A stretch of DNA of 64,000 nt from Podarcis pityusensis. Taxonomy: Eukaryota. Numbering within the stretch: the stretch's first letter is position 1; the number at the start of each line of letters is the position of its first letter. Positions 26,701 to 39,100 of the stretch are shown here, in pieces. The notes beneath the pieces were generated by a model. The model saw only the letters and a program-made list of their open reading frames with translations. It had not been told where the DNA came from and did not search any database. The position numbers and the translations under genes were made by a program. The stretch is from NCBI GenBank assembly GCA_964106645.2, contig OZ067044.1; one strand, 5' to 3'.

Positions 26701-29700
26701 AGTCCATGACAGCCAGCCAGATCTATCACGTGCCTGTTTTCCTGCTGCAGCAGACCAACACGGCTACTCCTCTGGGGTGCATGGCAAACTAACAATCTTA
26801 CCCAAAATGTCCACCTTAAAAGGAGCACCCGAGACACTTACTTCATTGTTCCATCGGGGTTCTCAATGGTGACTGCACTGGTATGCCCCAGGACATAGCC
26901 GGGGATCCAGCCCTCGGCTGCGGGGCACTGGTCAGTGGCGGCTCGGAACACCAAAAACATGTTCTGTTGGTTGCTGGCTAGAATTTGCACGACTTCTCCT
27001 TGGTAGACATTAATCTCATCCTCCTTCACTGCCGTATAATCGTGTGTCACCAGCATGGTGGAGATATTGCTACTGCTGCTACTTTCACTCTGTCGGTGAA
27101 CCAATCAGGTAGAGAGAGGAAAACAAGGAGGAAAAAGGAGACAGTTTACAAAAATACCGGGGAGAAGGGGGAGAGAATGCCTCTCTTCCATGACATTAGC
27201 TCCTAAGAATAATCATTTCAATAAGCTTGTATTAAACGAACCATATGAGTACTGAGATTTTTCAGAATCTAGATAGACCCCAAAGAGCTGTTATCTAATA
27301 AACAGAGCAAGTAAATTAAACTGACCAGTAGTTGGAGGAGGGCTTATGTTCTTAATATCCCATCATTAAGTGTGAACCTGTTATTTTTATGTTCATGCAC
27401 TAATCATTTAGCCTCCTTTCTTAAGGACAGGAAAGGATGCACGTTTGGGCTTAAGAAAATCTCTGTAAACCTTCCATTAAACAAACAAGCACCAGCCTGT
27501 TTACTCATCAGGAGCTTAAAAGCAGTACCCAACAGCAGCTTAAGATATTGGTTAGTAAACCAACATTAAATCTCAGTTCCCCATTTCAGATGCAACAGGG
27601 AATTGCAATTTAAAATAGACAAGTTAAAGCTGGTGAGTAACATGTGGTGTGGGACTGGCACTACCTTCTGGTGTGATAAGCTATGGTTTAGTGGGATCAT
27701 TTTATCAGAAATGGCTCACTAAGTCACCTTACACTGTCTTTTCTAGAGTTTGTAAGCTGCATGCCCTGCCCATCCCAGTGATGCTAAATTCATTCTGTCC
27801 AGAAAGCACTGGATAGTACCCATTCTGGGCTCAAGCACACCAGATGCCTGAACTATTTAAAAAACACCTACATTTTTTTATTTGGCTGAAATCAGAGATT
27901 GGCAGTAATTTAACAAATCCCCAGATTCTGCAAAAATGACTTGGGGACAAGATGTTTTCAGCCACTGATACAGGGAAGTATGTCGTTCCTTTATCCCAAT
28001 ACAATATCTGGAAAAGGAAAGTTAATTGGGGAAGAAATATACTGCTAAGCCTAAAGGGGAAGGTGGTGTTTCCATTAATGGTGAGATTCCTATTTCAAAT
28101 GTTCCTGTTTGCTGGTGAAATGAACAGTATCCACCTTTAGTGAATGGGTGGTGGAGGGACAATTATTATTTCCCCTATGTGTAAGAGTCTAAGAAGCATT
28201 TTTTAAAAAAAATTAAGGCAATCTCCCTTCAAATAACTGCCGAGTCCTCTTAAAAGATTTGTTTTGCTTTAAATTTAAGCCACTTCTGGCTATTTGCCTG
28301 ATGCATAGGTATAGTCCCGAACCCAAGACAGCTAGTTCCTAGTATGAAGCTATCCGCCTCTGCAGCACATTTTCTCCATATGGAGAAATGGCACCCCCCC
28401 TCTCCCAAGCAGCATATTAAGAACACATAGAAATACTACCTTGAACAGCCCCATCCCTTACAGTGAACAACCTTTTTTTTACGCTGGCTGCCAAGCTGAC
28501 ATTTCCCTAAGCTATGAAAACAATTTAAGGAGGTATGCCAAAGCCAAATCAAATAAATATAACAGGAGCTCAGAAACAGAACAAACATGCAAAGCGGAAT
28601 TTCTTACCCTACAGCTACAATACAGTGAGTGAAAGAGGAAATCAGAAGAGGTCTACATTGTTAAAAAAAAATTCAACCAAGTAGTGCATGCTTTCAAGAA
28701 AGGTTCTAAAGGCCAAGTGATGTGCGATCGAGGTTGTGCGGAAGCTGTGAAAGGAGCTGAAGAAGTGTACCACACACTTAAACTGGGGTGTGGGGTGGGG
28801 GTAAAAGAGTGTGGCTTTAAGACCAGCATCGAGTTTGAGGATGCAACTATTGCACCCCCCCTGAAGAATGATTATTCTGAAAATAACAATAGGTGTCCTT
28901 TGACTGCCATGTTGCATTTCCAGATTGGCAGCTTTAAAGAAAAGGAGCCGAGGTCTGCTGGCCGATAACCTGATCTTTCCTCGCAGAGTGGGCTGAAAAA
29001 CGAAATCCCCAGGAGGCCCCAGCGCAGCGCTTCTTAGAGAACAGAAGGTATTTTAGCTTGGAGGTTTGATCACGGTAGCCTTCTATCTGTGTGCACTAAG
29101 TGTATTTATCAGGATTAATTTTTGTGATGCTGGAAGATTCCTTGACCAGGTACGGATTTTTAAAAGACAGCAAGTCAACAGAATGCTTCAGCTCAACCGA
29201 AACACAGGAAGCACTGCCTAACAGAACCTCCATGTTCTCTGAATACTGGATGTCGGAGAGTTCAGGGGAGAGGAGTGGGGTTGAATTCATGTACTGCCAT
29301 GTGGGTATCTTGGGTTCATTTGGCTGGCCACTGTTGGGAACAGAATGGATCTTTGCTTTGATCCAGTGGGGCGATTCTTTTTTTCTTCAAAGTCTCGCTG
29401 GGGTGGCACGGGGGATGAATTGTATGCATGTATATGAACGGCAGAGGAATCCCTAAGCAAACCTGCCTATGGAAACACAGGTGAGGCGCAAACTGAGCTC
29501 CACCAGGGCAGCTGTACACAGAATGTTAATTTGTGCCTTCGTGTTAGAGGGGGAGGAAGCCAAAAGCAAGTTAGTAGAAACCAGACTAGCAGATTCCCCC
29601 CTCCTCCCAGCAGAGGTGGAAGTCACATTTAGAGTTAGAAAGGCTTTCTTCGTGTCTGTATACATACTGCAAGTTCATGTCTTATGTATACACACAGAGA

Positions 29701-32700
29701 GGCGACATACGTTTCTACTGAGATTTGCATAGAAAGACTGGGAGCGACTGATTATTATTATTTCAGAGCAGCGGTGCAGCACCAGAGAGCCAGAAGTTAG
29801 TACGGAGAATGATGGCAACGCACAGGAAGGGAGGAGGAGCATGGGAAGATTTTTTTTGTTTTTAGAGGAGCTCGCAGGATAGAAGCGCTCCAGCTCTTAC
29901 CCCATTACTCTGGGTGGAGTGTACTGACTGCTCGCTGGTCGAGGAACATGTGCTCATGCGGTCTGTGTCCTTGCTGTGTGAAGAGTGGCGGTGGACCTGG
30001 CGCTGGAGGGAGTCACTGTCCCCGGGAAAAGTGAAGGAGCCGGGGCGGCTGACAGGGGATGCTGGGATGGAGCTCCAAAAGGAGCCCTTCTGCAGGGGGC
30101 TGCTGGGAGGAAAGGCTTCCTTGCCAAAAGGAGAAGGGAAAGTCATTGCGGGAGGAGAGTTTATTGGCGAGACGGCTCCGGGCCTCGGTTTCCCCAGCGC
30201 CAGCGATCCCACGCTGCTCCTCGAACGGATCTCCTCCGAGTTCCCGCGGCATTCCCTCTGATCCGCGTCTGCCGAGCCGCAAGCGCTTCCCGATGCCTTC
30301 CGGGGGCTCTCCATCGCCTTCATCTTGGGGATCTTCTCGGGTTCTCTCTCTGGACCGTTCTGCTGAGCGTTTGGTACCGGGTGCCTGCCTGCCTGGCTAA
30401 GGCCAGCCTCTAGGGTGGTGGTGGTGTGGGGAGGCAGGGAGGAATTGTGAATGGACATACCTGACATCTTGTCTGCCTCTGCTTGGACTGAGGCTGCAGA
30501 GGAGACCAGGACTGGGGAATGGTGTCGGACCGGCTGCGGGATCCGGGAAGGCCTGCTACGGCTGGAGCTGGGGATTCCAGGGCAGGTGCTAGGGCCACTG
30601 CTATTGCTGCTGCTGCCGCCGCCGCCACCAGGACCACTGTGGTTCCTCTGGTACTCGATCGGTGATGTCAAGGCTGAGAAAAGCAAGAGGGGTTCACACA
30701 AAAATGGAAGGCAATGCAAAGCCAGTTGTCAAAAAGAGTCTCAAATTCAACTGCCCCAATAACAGTACAGTCAAACCTCGGCTCCCGAATGCTGAAAGCC
30801 CGGAAGTAAATGTTCTGGTTTTTTAACGTTTTTCGGAAGCCAAAAGTCCAGCACAGCTTCCGCTTGAGTGCAGGAAGCTCCTGCAACCAATTGGAAGCTG
30901 CGCCTCGGTTGTCGAACATTTCGGAAGCCGAACAGGCTTCTGGAATGGATTACGTTTGACAACCGAGGTTTGACTGTATCTTCTTTTGCACAATCGCCAT
31001 GTTTTTTGGCAGGTATTACTCACACCATCATTCCCAGATAAAGCCAAGCAACTTAAAAAAAATATATATTCATGGCAGCAAAAAATTCTGATGTATTTGA
31101 AAAGGAACACAATACTATTTATGAAACAACTGTGATTAAATTAGCATTGCGTTGTGTGAGTTACTGAATTACAGTATGGACATACTATGGACAATTTCTT
31201 ATTTGTCCAAGAATGTTGAAGTGAAAGCATATTGGTTATTTTTGCTTTGATGATCTATTTATATGAAATAGTGGGATTATAACAACCATGTGAATAATTT
31301 TGGGTGGATGGAAAAAATGGGATTATCTGAAATATGTATCTGTAAATCAGACTGTGCTATCTAGGTATTTTAAACTGAATAAATTATGGGACATTATTTA
31401 GGTTATCTGTGCTAAAAAGAGGAAGTCAGGGCTGGACAAGATATTTAGCAGAAGTTCTTAAAAAAAGGAAGCGGGACATCCACTCTCGAATATACCGTAT
31501 TTTTCGCCCTATAGGACGCACCTTTTCCCCTCCAAAAATGAAGGGGAAATGTGTGTGCGTCCTATGGGGCGAATGCAGGCTTCGTGCGCCTCTCCGCAAG
31601 CAACGGGAGCCCAGCGCTGGGCTCCCGCTGCTTGCGGAGAGTTGCCTGCATGCTGAAGCCTGCGCTTGCTGAGCTCAGCGCGTCCAGGCTTCGCGGACCT
31701 CTCAGCAAGCAGCGGGAGCCAGCGCTGGGCTCCTACGGCTTGCAGAGAGCTGCCTGTTTGGGGGCTGGGGTCAGGGGAAGCTCGGGCTTCCCCCGCCCCA
31801 GCCCCGCGCCTGGGGGGGAAAATATTTTTCCCCCTTTATTTCCCCCCCAAAAAACTAGGTGCGCCTTATGGGACGGTGCGTCCTATAGGGCGAAAAATAT
31901 GGTAATTAATTAACAAGCAAGGTAAGCAAAATGACATGACACACCATTACAGCTGGCTTTTAAAAACTTAGCTTTAGTGTGATTCTGCATGGAAGGTTAC
32001 TGGGAATGAACTAAAGCCTCTGACAAAAAGCTTTCACAAGGAAAGCAAAATTATTAGCCCCATCAATGAACTCAAAATACAGAACCATGATAGAGGGGAA
32101 CTTAAAATAGCAAGACAAAGGAAACCGTCTGGAGAATTAGATTAATTCTGAAACTTTAGTAGGAAGTAGAAATGAAGTTCACTTTACCATTTAGAAAATT
32201 ACGCTGGTTTTCCAAGATTTGGTTGATTTCGTGGATCCACATTTGGCGGACTCCTGGACTGGTGGAATGCAAAACAAAAGTCTCCATAACATCACCTGCC
32301 CTTGACGTTAGTGCAAATTTACAGGGATCGTTGTCTATGTTTTCCTCCAAGCACAGGCCACTCACCTTAATTAAAAAGAAAAAGGGAAAAGCTTTCAGAA
32401 AATGCCAATTTCATCTTTTTGTTACTACTTTTGATCAGATGGCATGTGGTAACTTAGCAGGAGCACCAATGTCGAGGAATTCCCAATAAAGACCACTCTG
32501 CGAGAAGGTCACAACTATACACAGCCAAAACCAGAAGCGACCTCAGAAAAGGCACTAGCAATTGGAGAACTTGTTGCACCAGAGCCTATTGGCACTGGAG
32601 TTGGGGATGTAACACTCATTTCTAGTCCATTTTGTCCACAGCCCAGCCCACACAAAGCGTCAAACAACAACTAATCCAGAATGTGGCAGCTAGACTGGTG

Positions 32701-33151
32701 ACTGGGAGTGGCCGCTGAGACCATATAACACCGGTCTTGAAAGACCGACACTGGCTCCCAGTACGTTTCTGAGCACAATTCAAAGTGTTGGTGCTGACCT
32801 TTAAAGCCCTAAATGGCCTCGGCCTAGAATACCTGAAGGAGTGTCTCTACCTCCATCGTTCAGGCCAGACACTGAGGTCCAGCTCCGAGGGCCTTCTGGC
32901 AGTTCCCTCCCTGCGAGAAGTGAGGTTACAGGGAACCAGGCAGAGGGCCTTCTTGGTAGTGGCGCCCGCCCTGTGGAACGCCTTCCCATCAGATGTCAAG
33001 GAAATAAACAACTATCTGACTTTTAGAAGACTTCTGATGGTAGCCCTGTTTAGGGAAGCTTTTAATGTTTGAAGTTTTATCATGTTTTTAATATTCTGTT
33101 GGGAGCCGCCCAGAGTGGCTGGGGAAACCCAGCCAGATGGACGGGGTAAAC

Positions 33152-33195
<44 letters not shown>

Positions 33196-36100
33196 TATAG
33201 TCATGTCTTAATTTGAAGTCTTCAAGCAAATTTCACTAGCCTACCTAGACAGCCAGTGTTATGTTAATCATTCAAAACAGCCTGACAGCAAAGAAGGAAA
33301 AACGCACCCTCTCTTAAGTTTCTAAAAACTTCCCTCCCTGCTTGCCAAGGGAATTTCTGACTTGCCCCTGCACAGAAGAAGCCATTTGCACTTTGACACC
33401 TGATCAATTTGTTAGTGATGAGGGGGAATTGCTCGAAAGGCTTCAAAAAGACCTAGAAATGAGAAAAAGTGCTAAACCAGGGAGCAGTCGTGCTCAACAC
33501 CAAACGAATGAGACAGTGCCTCTTATTCTCAGCATTCCACGTGTCCCTACAGATTTGTCATTACCCAAGCAAAGTAGGAGCAGCTCCTCTATGACTGCAT
33601 CCCATGCCACTCTGGTATGAAACATAAAAGTGGGCTGGTGGCTTTAACATGGGAATCCTCAACCCCATTTCAAAGGTTAGGAAAGCTGCAGAATGCAGCA
33701 ACAGGGAAATTTGTTGCAGGGGACAGTCAAACGAGGAGGATATCACAACAGCCTTGTAATTAACAGCTTGCCTGGTAGACGACAAGGAAATTCATGCAGG
33801 TAAGTGAGATGATAGGGACGCGGGTGGTGCTGTGGGTTAAACCACAGAGCCTAGGACTTGCTGATCAGAAGGTCAGCGGTTCGAATCCCCGCGACAGGGT
33901 GAGCTCCCGTTGCTTGGTCCCTGCTCCTGCCCACCTAGCAGTTCGAAAGCATGTGCAAGTAGATAAATAGGTACCGCTCCGGCGGGAAGGTAAACAGCAT
34001 TTCCGTGCGCTGCTCTGGTTCGCCAGAAGCGGCTTAGTCATCCTGGCCACATGACCCGGAAGCTGTACGCCGGCTCCCTCGGCCAATAAAGCAAGATGAG
34101 CGCCGCAACCCCAAAGTCGGCCACGACTGGACCTAATGGTCAGGGGTCCCTTTACCTTTAAGTGAGCATGATGGCAAAGGAGGGAGGGGTCATGCCATCC
34201 CTTCTGTTCAAGCTTGTTTGGTTTCTGTGCTGGCTACAGAAGAGGGATAGTTCCCTCTTCCGTGATCAGCAAGGAAACAGTGGAGTCCACCAGTCCTCTT
34301 GGGAGAAGGCAACTTTTAAAACTAGCCTGTATTTCCATGCTTACTTCCCTCTTTGGCCAGCATGGAGATAACAGGCTACTAGTCTCTTAGCATACTAATA
34401 ATTTTTTGCACAGGCCAGTAACTTGTGCGGGCTCTTTTGCAAGGCTGAGCTACAAAACAATACAAGATGCTGCCAGTAACTATGAACAACCTCTTTCAGT
34501 CCAACTTTCATCTCAGGTTAACATTTAACAGCAGGCCATTTGCCAACTTGCACCTGCTCCTCTTAGCTCAGCTGAAACACACAGTAGTTTTGCATTAAGT
34601 GTGCTGCAATAGCTAGAGTGCTGGGTTTGGCAAACCTAGAATCAAGTCCCCACTCAATCACGAAGCTCTCTGCGGTGACCTTGTTTGAATCGTTTTTCTT
34701 TCAACCCAACATCCGTCACAGGGCACTGGTGAGAATAAATTGCTACTCTGTGCTCCCCGGAGGAAGGGAGGGATTCATAAAATTCCATTCCAGGTTAGTT
34801 TGCTGACAGACTAAAGAGCTCTCTGCAGCAATTTTTGGAGTGACCAAGTACAGCCTGGGATCTTGACTCAAGTGTGAACAAACAACCCAGAAATCAAACT
34901 CGGGAAGTTGTTCCAACAGATGAGCCAATAAAGAATACAACATCTTCACATCCAGTTTGTGAAGTGAGTTGTTGAGGCCACCTGGTGGGAAAACGCACAT
35001 TTACAGCTTCCAAGTATGGTGAGATAAGAGTGAATCATACTGAAAAAGGCAGGGAGGTCAAGGGGCCTGATCACAATATGTGTGCTATGGACACACAAAG
35101 GGGAGTAGGGCGTACTGCTTCACAGAGTAAACCTTCATGGAGTTTCAATATAAACATAGATATTGATTTATATCTGAGATTAAAAGATGAACAGTGGGAA
35201 TGTGCATGAATAAAATGGGGTTTGGAAAAGAACACCAGCACAGAAAACAGTAAAGGGAAGTACAACAATCATTTGCAGTTGACATATGGGGTTGAGCAAT
35301 GTTAAGTAAAGGGACCCCTGACCATTAGGTCCAGTCGTGACCGACTCTGGGGTTGTGCCGCTCATCTCGCTGTATTGGCCAAGGGAGCTGGCGTACAGCT
35401 TCTGGGTCATGTGGCCAGCATGACTAAGTTGCTTCTGGCGAACCAGAGCAGCGCACAGAAACGCCATTTACCTTCCTGCCGGAGCGGTACCTATTTATCT
35501 ACTTGCACTTTGACGTGCTTTTGAACTGCTAGGTTGGCAGGAGCAGGGACCGAGCAACGGGAGCTCACCCCGTCACGGGGATTCGAACCGCCGACCTTCT
35601 GATCGGCAAGTCCTAGGCTCTGTGGTTTAACCCACAGTGCCACCGCGTCCCAACGAGCAATGTTATGTTGTCATAAATCAATAAAATTCTTTATGTCATT
35701 AGACAGGTTCTTAGAAGAGGCACATCGTTCACAAGACGCCATCTACAGTTTCCAGACTTATTAAGGGGTGGTCCAGCATTCTAAATGCTGGCATACCTGA
35801 TTGGAACAGTTTGGATATTATTAACTTATAAAGCTTTGCCAGACACATGAGAAATAGCCTTTTAAAATTTGACACCTAATCAACTGCATTTTGCAATTTC
35901 CCTCATAATTAAGAGAAACCAACTATTTCCAATTTCTGGCTATAATAAGCATTTGTGCTGCAGCCAAAGTAGGCAACAGAAGTTAATTCCTGCTTTGTAA
36001 TTCAGTTGATTTCTCCAAAAACCATTTCCTAAAACACAGTCACTTGAGGGACAACTCCACCGAAAGGTAAAAAAATATGTGTCCTTCCTGATTTTTATAA

Positions 36101-39100
36101 TGCCAACATTGTGGGGAGAGATTCAGCTTTATAAAAGATAGTTTGACCGGGATAAAGTGCTGACTAAATAGTGTTTTTAAGGCGGCTTCCTGAATATGTG
36201 TTGAAATTAGAGACAAGGAGACGCCTGATAAAATGTTGTTCCAGCTTTCCAAGTCAAGCAAAGCACCCAGGTCCTAACACATTTTCAATCTAGTTAAATC
36301 CCTTGCATCTATCTAGTGCTGTTAAATTTTGTGTATGTGTGACACCTGGCTGCTGGCATTAGGACCACGTGAGACCATCATGTGCTCAGAGGGAGGTCAA
36401 CATCACAGGGGCCTGTTGCTGAATAATAGCTTGAGATATAAAACAGCTGATTGGTTGAAGTTGTAGCCGATTACTCCAGCCCAGGACCTTCCAGATCTCC
36501 CGATCCTTTTTCTCCCAATCTCTTTGTTGCAAAAGTCTCAAAGTCTTTCATGGACCAGAGCAGAAAACTGTGTGGTCCAATTTTGTTATAAAACAATGGG
36601 TGGTAAGGGAAAGGGTTAAGTTGGGGCTGTGGTGGAACTTGCTTTTTCATCCTAGCCTTGTAAACTGAAATTGTGGTTTTCAGAAAAGGGCTATGAATCC
36701 ATCCTAGGTCCTTAGAAGGTAGCTGTAATTGGAATACCATCCAAGTTAGCCTTTTCAATTAAGAACCCACTTTTCTGTATTCCTACTATCTGCCAGGAGT
36801 AGTATTTGTCTCAATTGGTTTGCCTCATAGGATATTTGCACATTAGACACTCTCCAATCTCCTTTGGGATCATATAATTAATATTTATTGGTGTGTGCTT
36901 GCCCCCCTCCAAGGATAGTATGTAGCCATGCTTGCACAAAGGAAAGGGTCTCTTTTGTGGTGGTGCCCTGATTTTGAAATACCCTCCCTAGAGAAGCTTG
37001 ACTGGTGTCAACACTAAAACCTTTCATGGCTAAGGTAAGACTTTTTTGTTTGGCCTGGCATTTAAAGAGATTCCATTTATTGTTGGTTTTTAGTTTTTGT
37101 CTTTTGTTTTATGATAGGAATTACATTTTGTGAGGTTTAATAATTTTTAAAACCAATACACCAAGAGATGCAGGTGGAGCTGTGGGTTAAACCACAGAGC
37201 CTAGGACTTGCTGATCAGAAGGTCGGCGGTTCGAATCCCCGTGACGGGGTGAGCTCCCGTTGCTCAGTCCCTGCTCCTGCCAACCTAGCAGTTTGAAAGC
37301 ACGTCAAAGTGCAAGTAGATAAATAGGTACCGCTCCGGCGGGAAGGTAAACAGTGTTTCCGTGCGCTGCTCTGGTTCGCCAGAAGCAGCTTAGTCATGCT
37401 GGCCACATGACCTGGAACTTGTACGCCAGCTCCCTCGGCCAATAAAGCGAGATGAGCGCCGCAACCCCAGAGTCAGCCACGACTGGACCTAATGGTCAGG
37501 GGTCCCTTTACCTTTACCTAAAACCAATACTACCAACCACATGTGAAAGAAGGTTAAACTATGGCAAACTACGGCAAAGTTGTGGAAAATGAGAGAAAAG
37601 ATAAGGAAGGGTGGGTGGAATGAAAAATCTTCATGCTAGTGGTTAAGAACTTAGCTAGCCTTTCACCTTCTGATCACTGGTATATTTTCACTAACCTTTG
37701 AAATAAACCCTTTCCCAGTGGTTTTTGCAGAATCAGGAGATTAATCCCAGAGGAAGGGGACACACACACACACACACCTTTAAAGAGACTATGAGCACAG
37801 TTGGATTAGAAACTGTTGTCAAAACGGAACTGAACCCTCAAACCTACTGCATAACATAAAAAAGACATATGCAGAAGTCTTACCTTGATACTGTTTTTAA
37901 ATAAGAATCCTGGCGTTGAGAAGCCTTTCTTTTTATCTAGTGGTTCACTGAATATAACAATCTGTTCAAACAGGAACACCCGCCTTTCTTTGCAACGCGG
38001 CAAGAGTCCCGTTTCCTGATCTGTAACCATGAACGTATCTTGCAGCAACAGCTTACCCTGGGCAACAATTTTACCCTAAAAAAGAGAGGCCAGAACAAGT
38101 TGAGTCAACCCTTTTTAGTCCATCAGCTGAAACAAGTCTGATAAATGTCGTTTGGAACGCTGGGTACCTTTCCAGTTAGGAGTTTGATCTGGCCTTCCAC
38201 AAATTGTCATGCAGATCTTTTTTGGTTGGAAGATTAAATAAGAAGAGTTTGTTTTAAGAGCCTCTGCACGTTCTATGTTGAGGTTAGGGGTCTGCTCTTG
38301 TCGCCAGTTCACTTTGGTACTATGGTGTTCTGTTAATGCCTGCTTGTTATTAACTGATAAACTGTGGACCTCTTTGGATAATTGGGTTATTTGAGAGGCT
38401 ATACCTCTAATTTGTTGGAAGATATGCTCAACCGTTCTTGCAATTAGAGTTAATTGGGTGCTCTCCCTACTTGTTATTCCTTCCTCTCTGAGCGGCACAG
38501 GATCAACTTGCCCCATTGCTGGATCCAGTTCCAGCTGAAACAAGTAGTTATATTACCAAAGAAAGTATGGCTAACAACGTTTTTACATTCCACATGGTTA
38601 TGTTACTGAGAATTAGTGCTGCTCTCCGATTCAAACTATATCTACATTCTTACGGTGCTCTGCTATATTTATCCCTGAAGGACTGTAGCCTGTGGAAGAC
38701 CGAAGTTGGGAATCCAAAGGGACATGTGACTGATTAAAAACAACAACAAAATGGCAGAAACAGTGGGATCAATACAGTTAAGATCATAGAAAGAAAATCA
38801 CACAATCTCTCATGGGCATCAGGAAGCCTCTTCCCATTCCACATGATCATGGGTTGTGTGCACACTTCCTTTGGGCCACATCTCAAAATGTCACAACCAA
38901 GCAGCCCCACCCATTAGCAAATGTACAATTTAGTGGGGTTCAGGAATGCAGCTCCTTACCTCCATAGCTGTCAACTTTCCTCCCCTTTTTAAGGGAAATT
39001 CCCTTATTCCAAATAGGATTCCTTGCAAGAAAAGGGAAAAGTTGACAGCTATGCCTTACTTCCACCTGATGTATATCAACTGAGCCATTATTACACAACA

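Noticed and set aside
29096-29519. ORF-track peptides 29096-29290 and 29316-29519 as exons
   Set aside because: Their frames do not match the upstream donors at the strongest acceptor; the third frame (29287-29466) does
29914-30762. Antisense ORFs over the large TRIO exon (likewise 14274-14882)
   Set aside because: Shadow ORFs of GC-rich coding sequence with no independent signals
33815-33900. tRNA gene (A and B boxes)
   Set aside because: It is the tRNA-derived head of a multi-copy SINE
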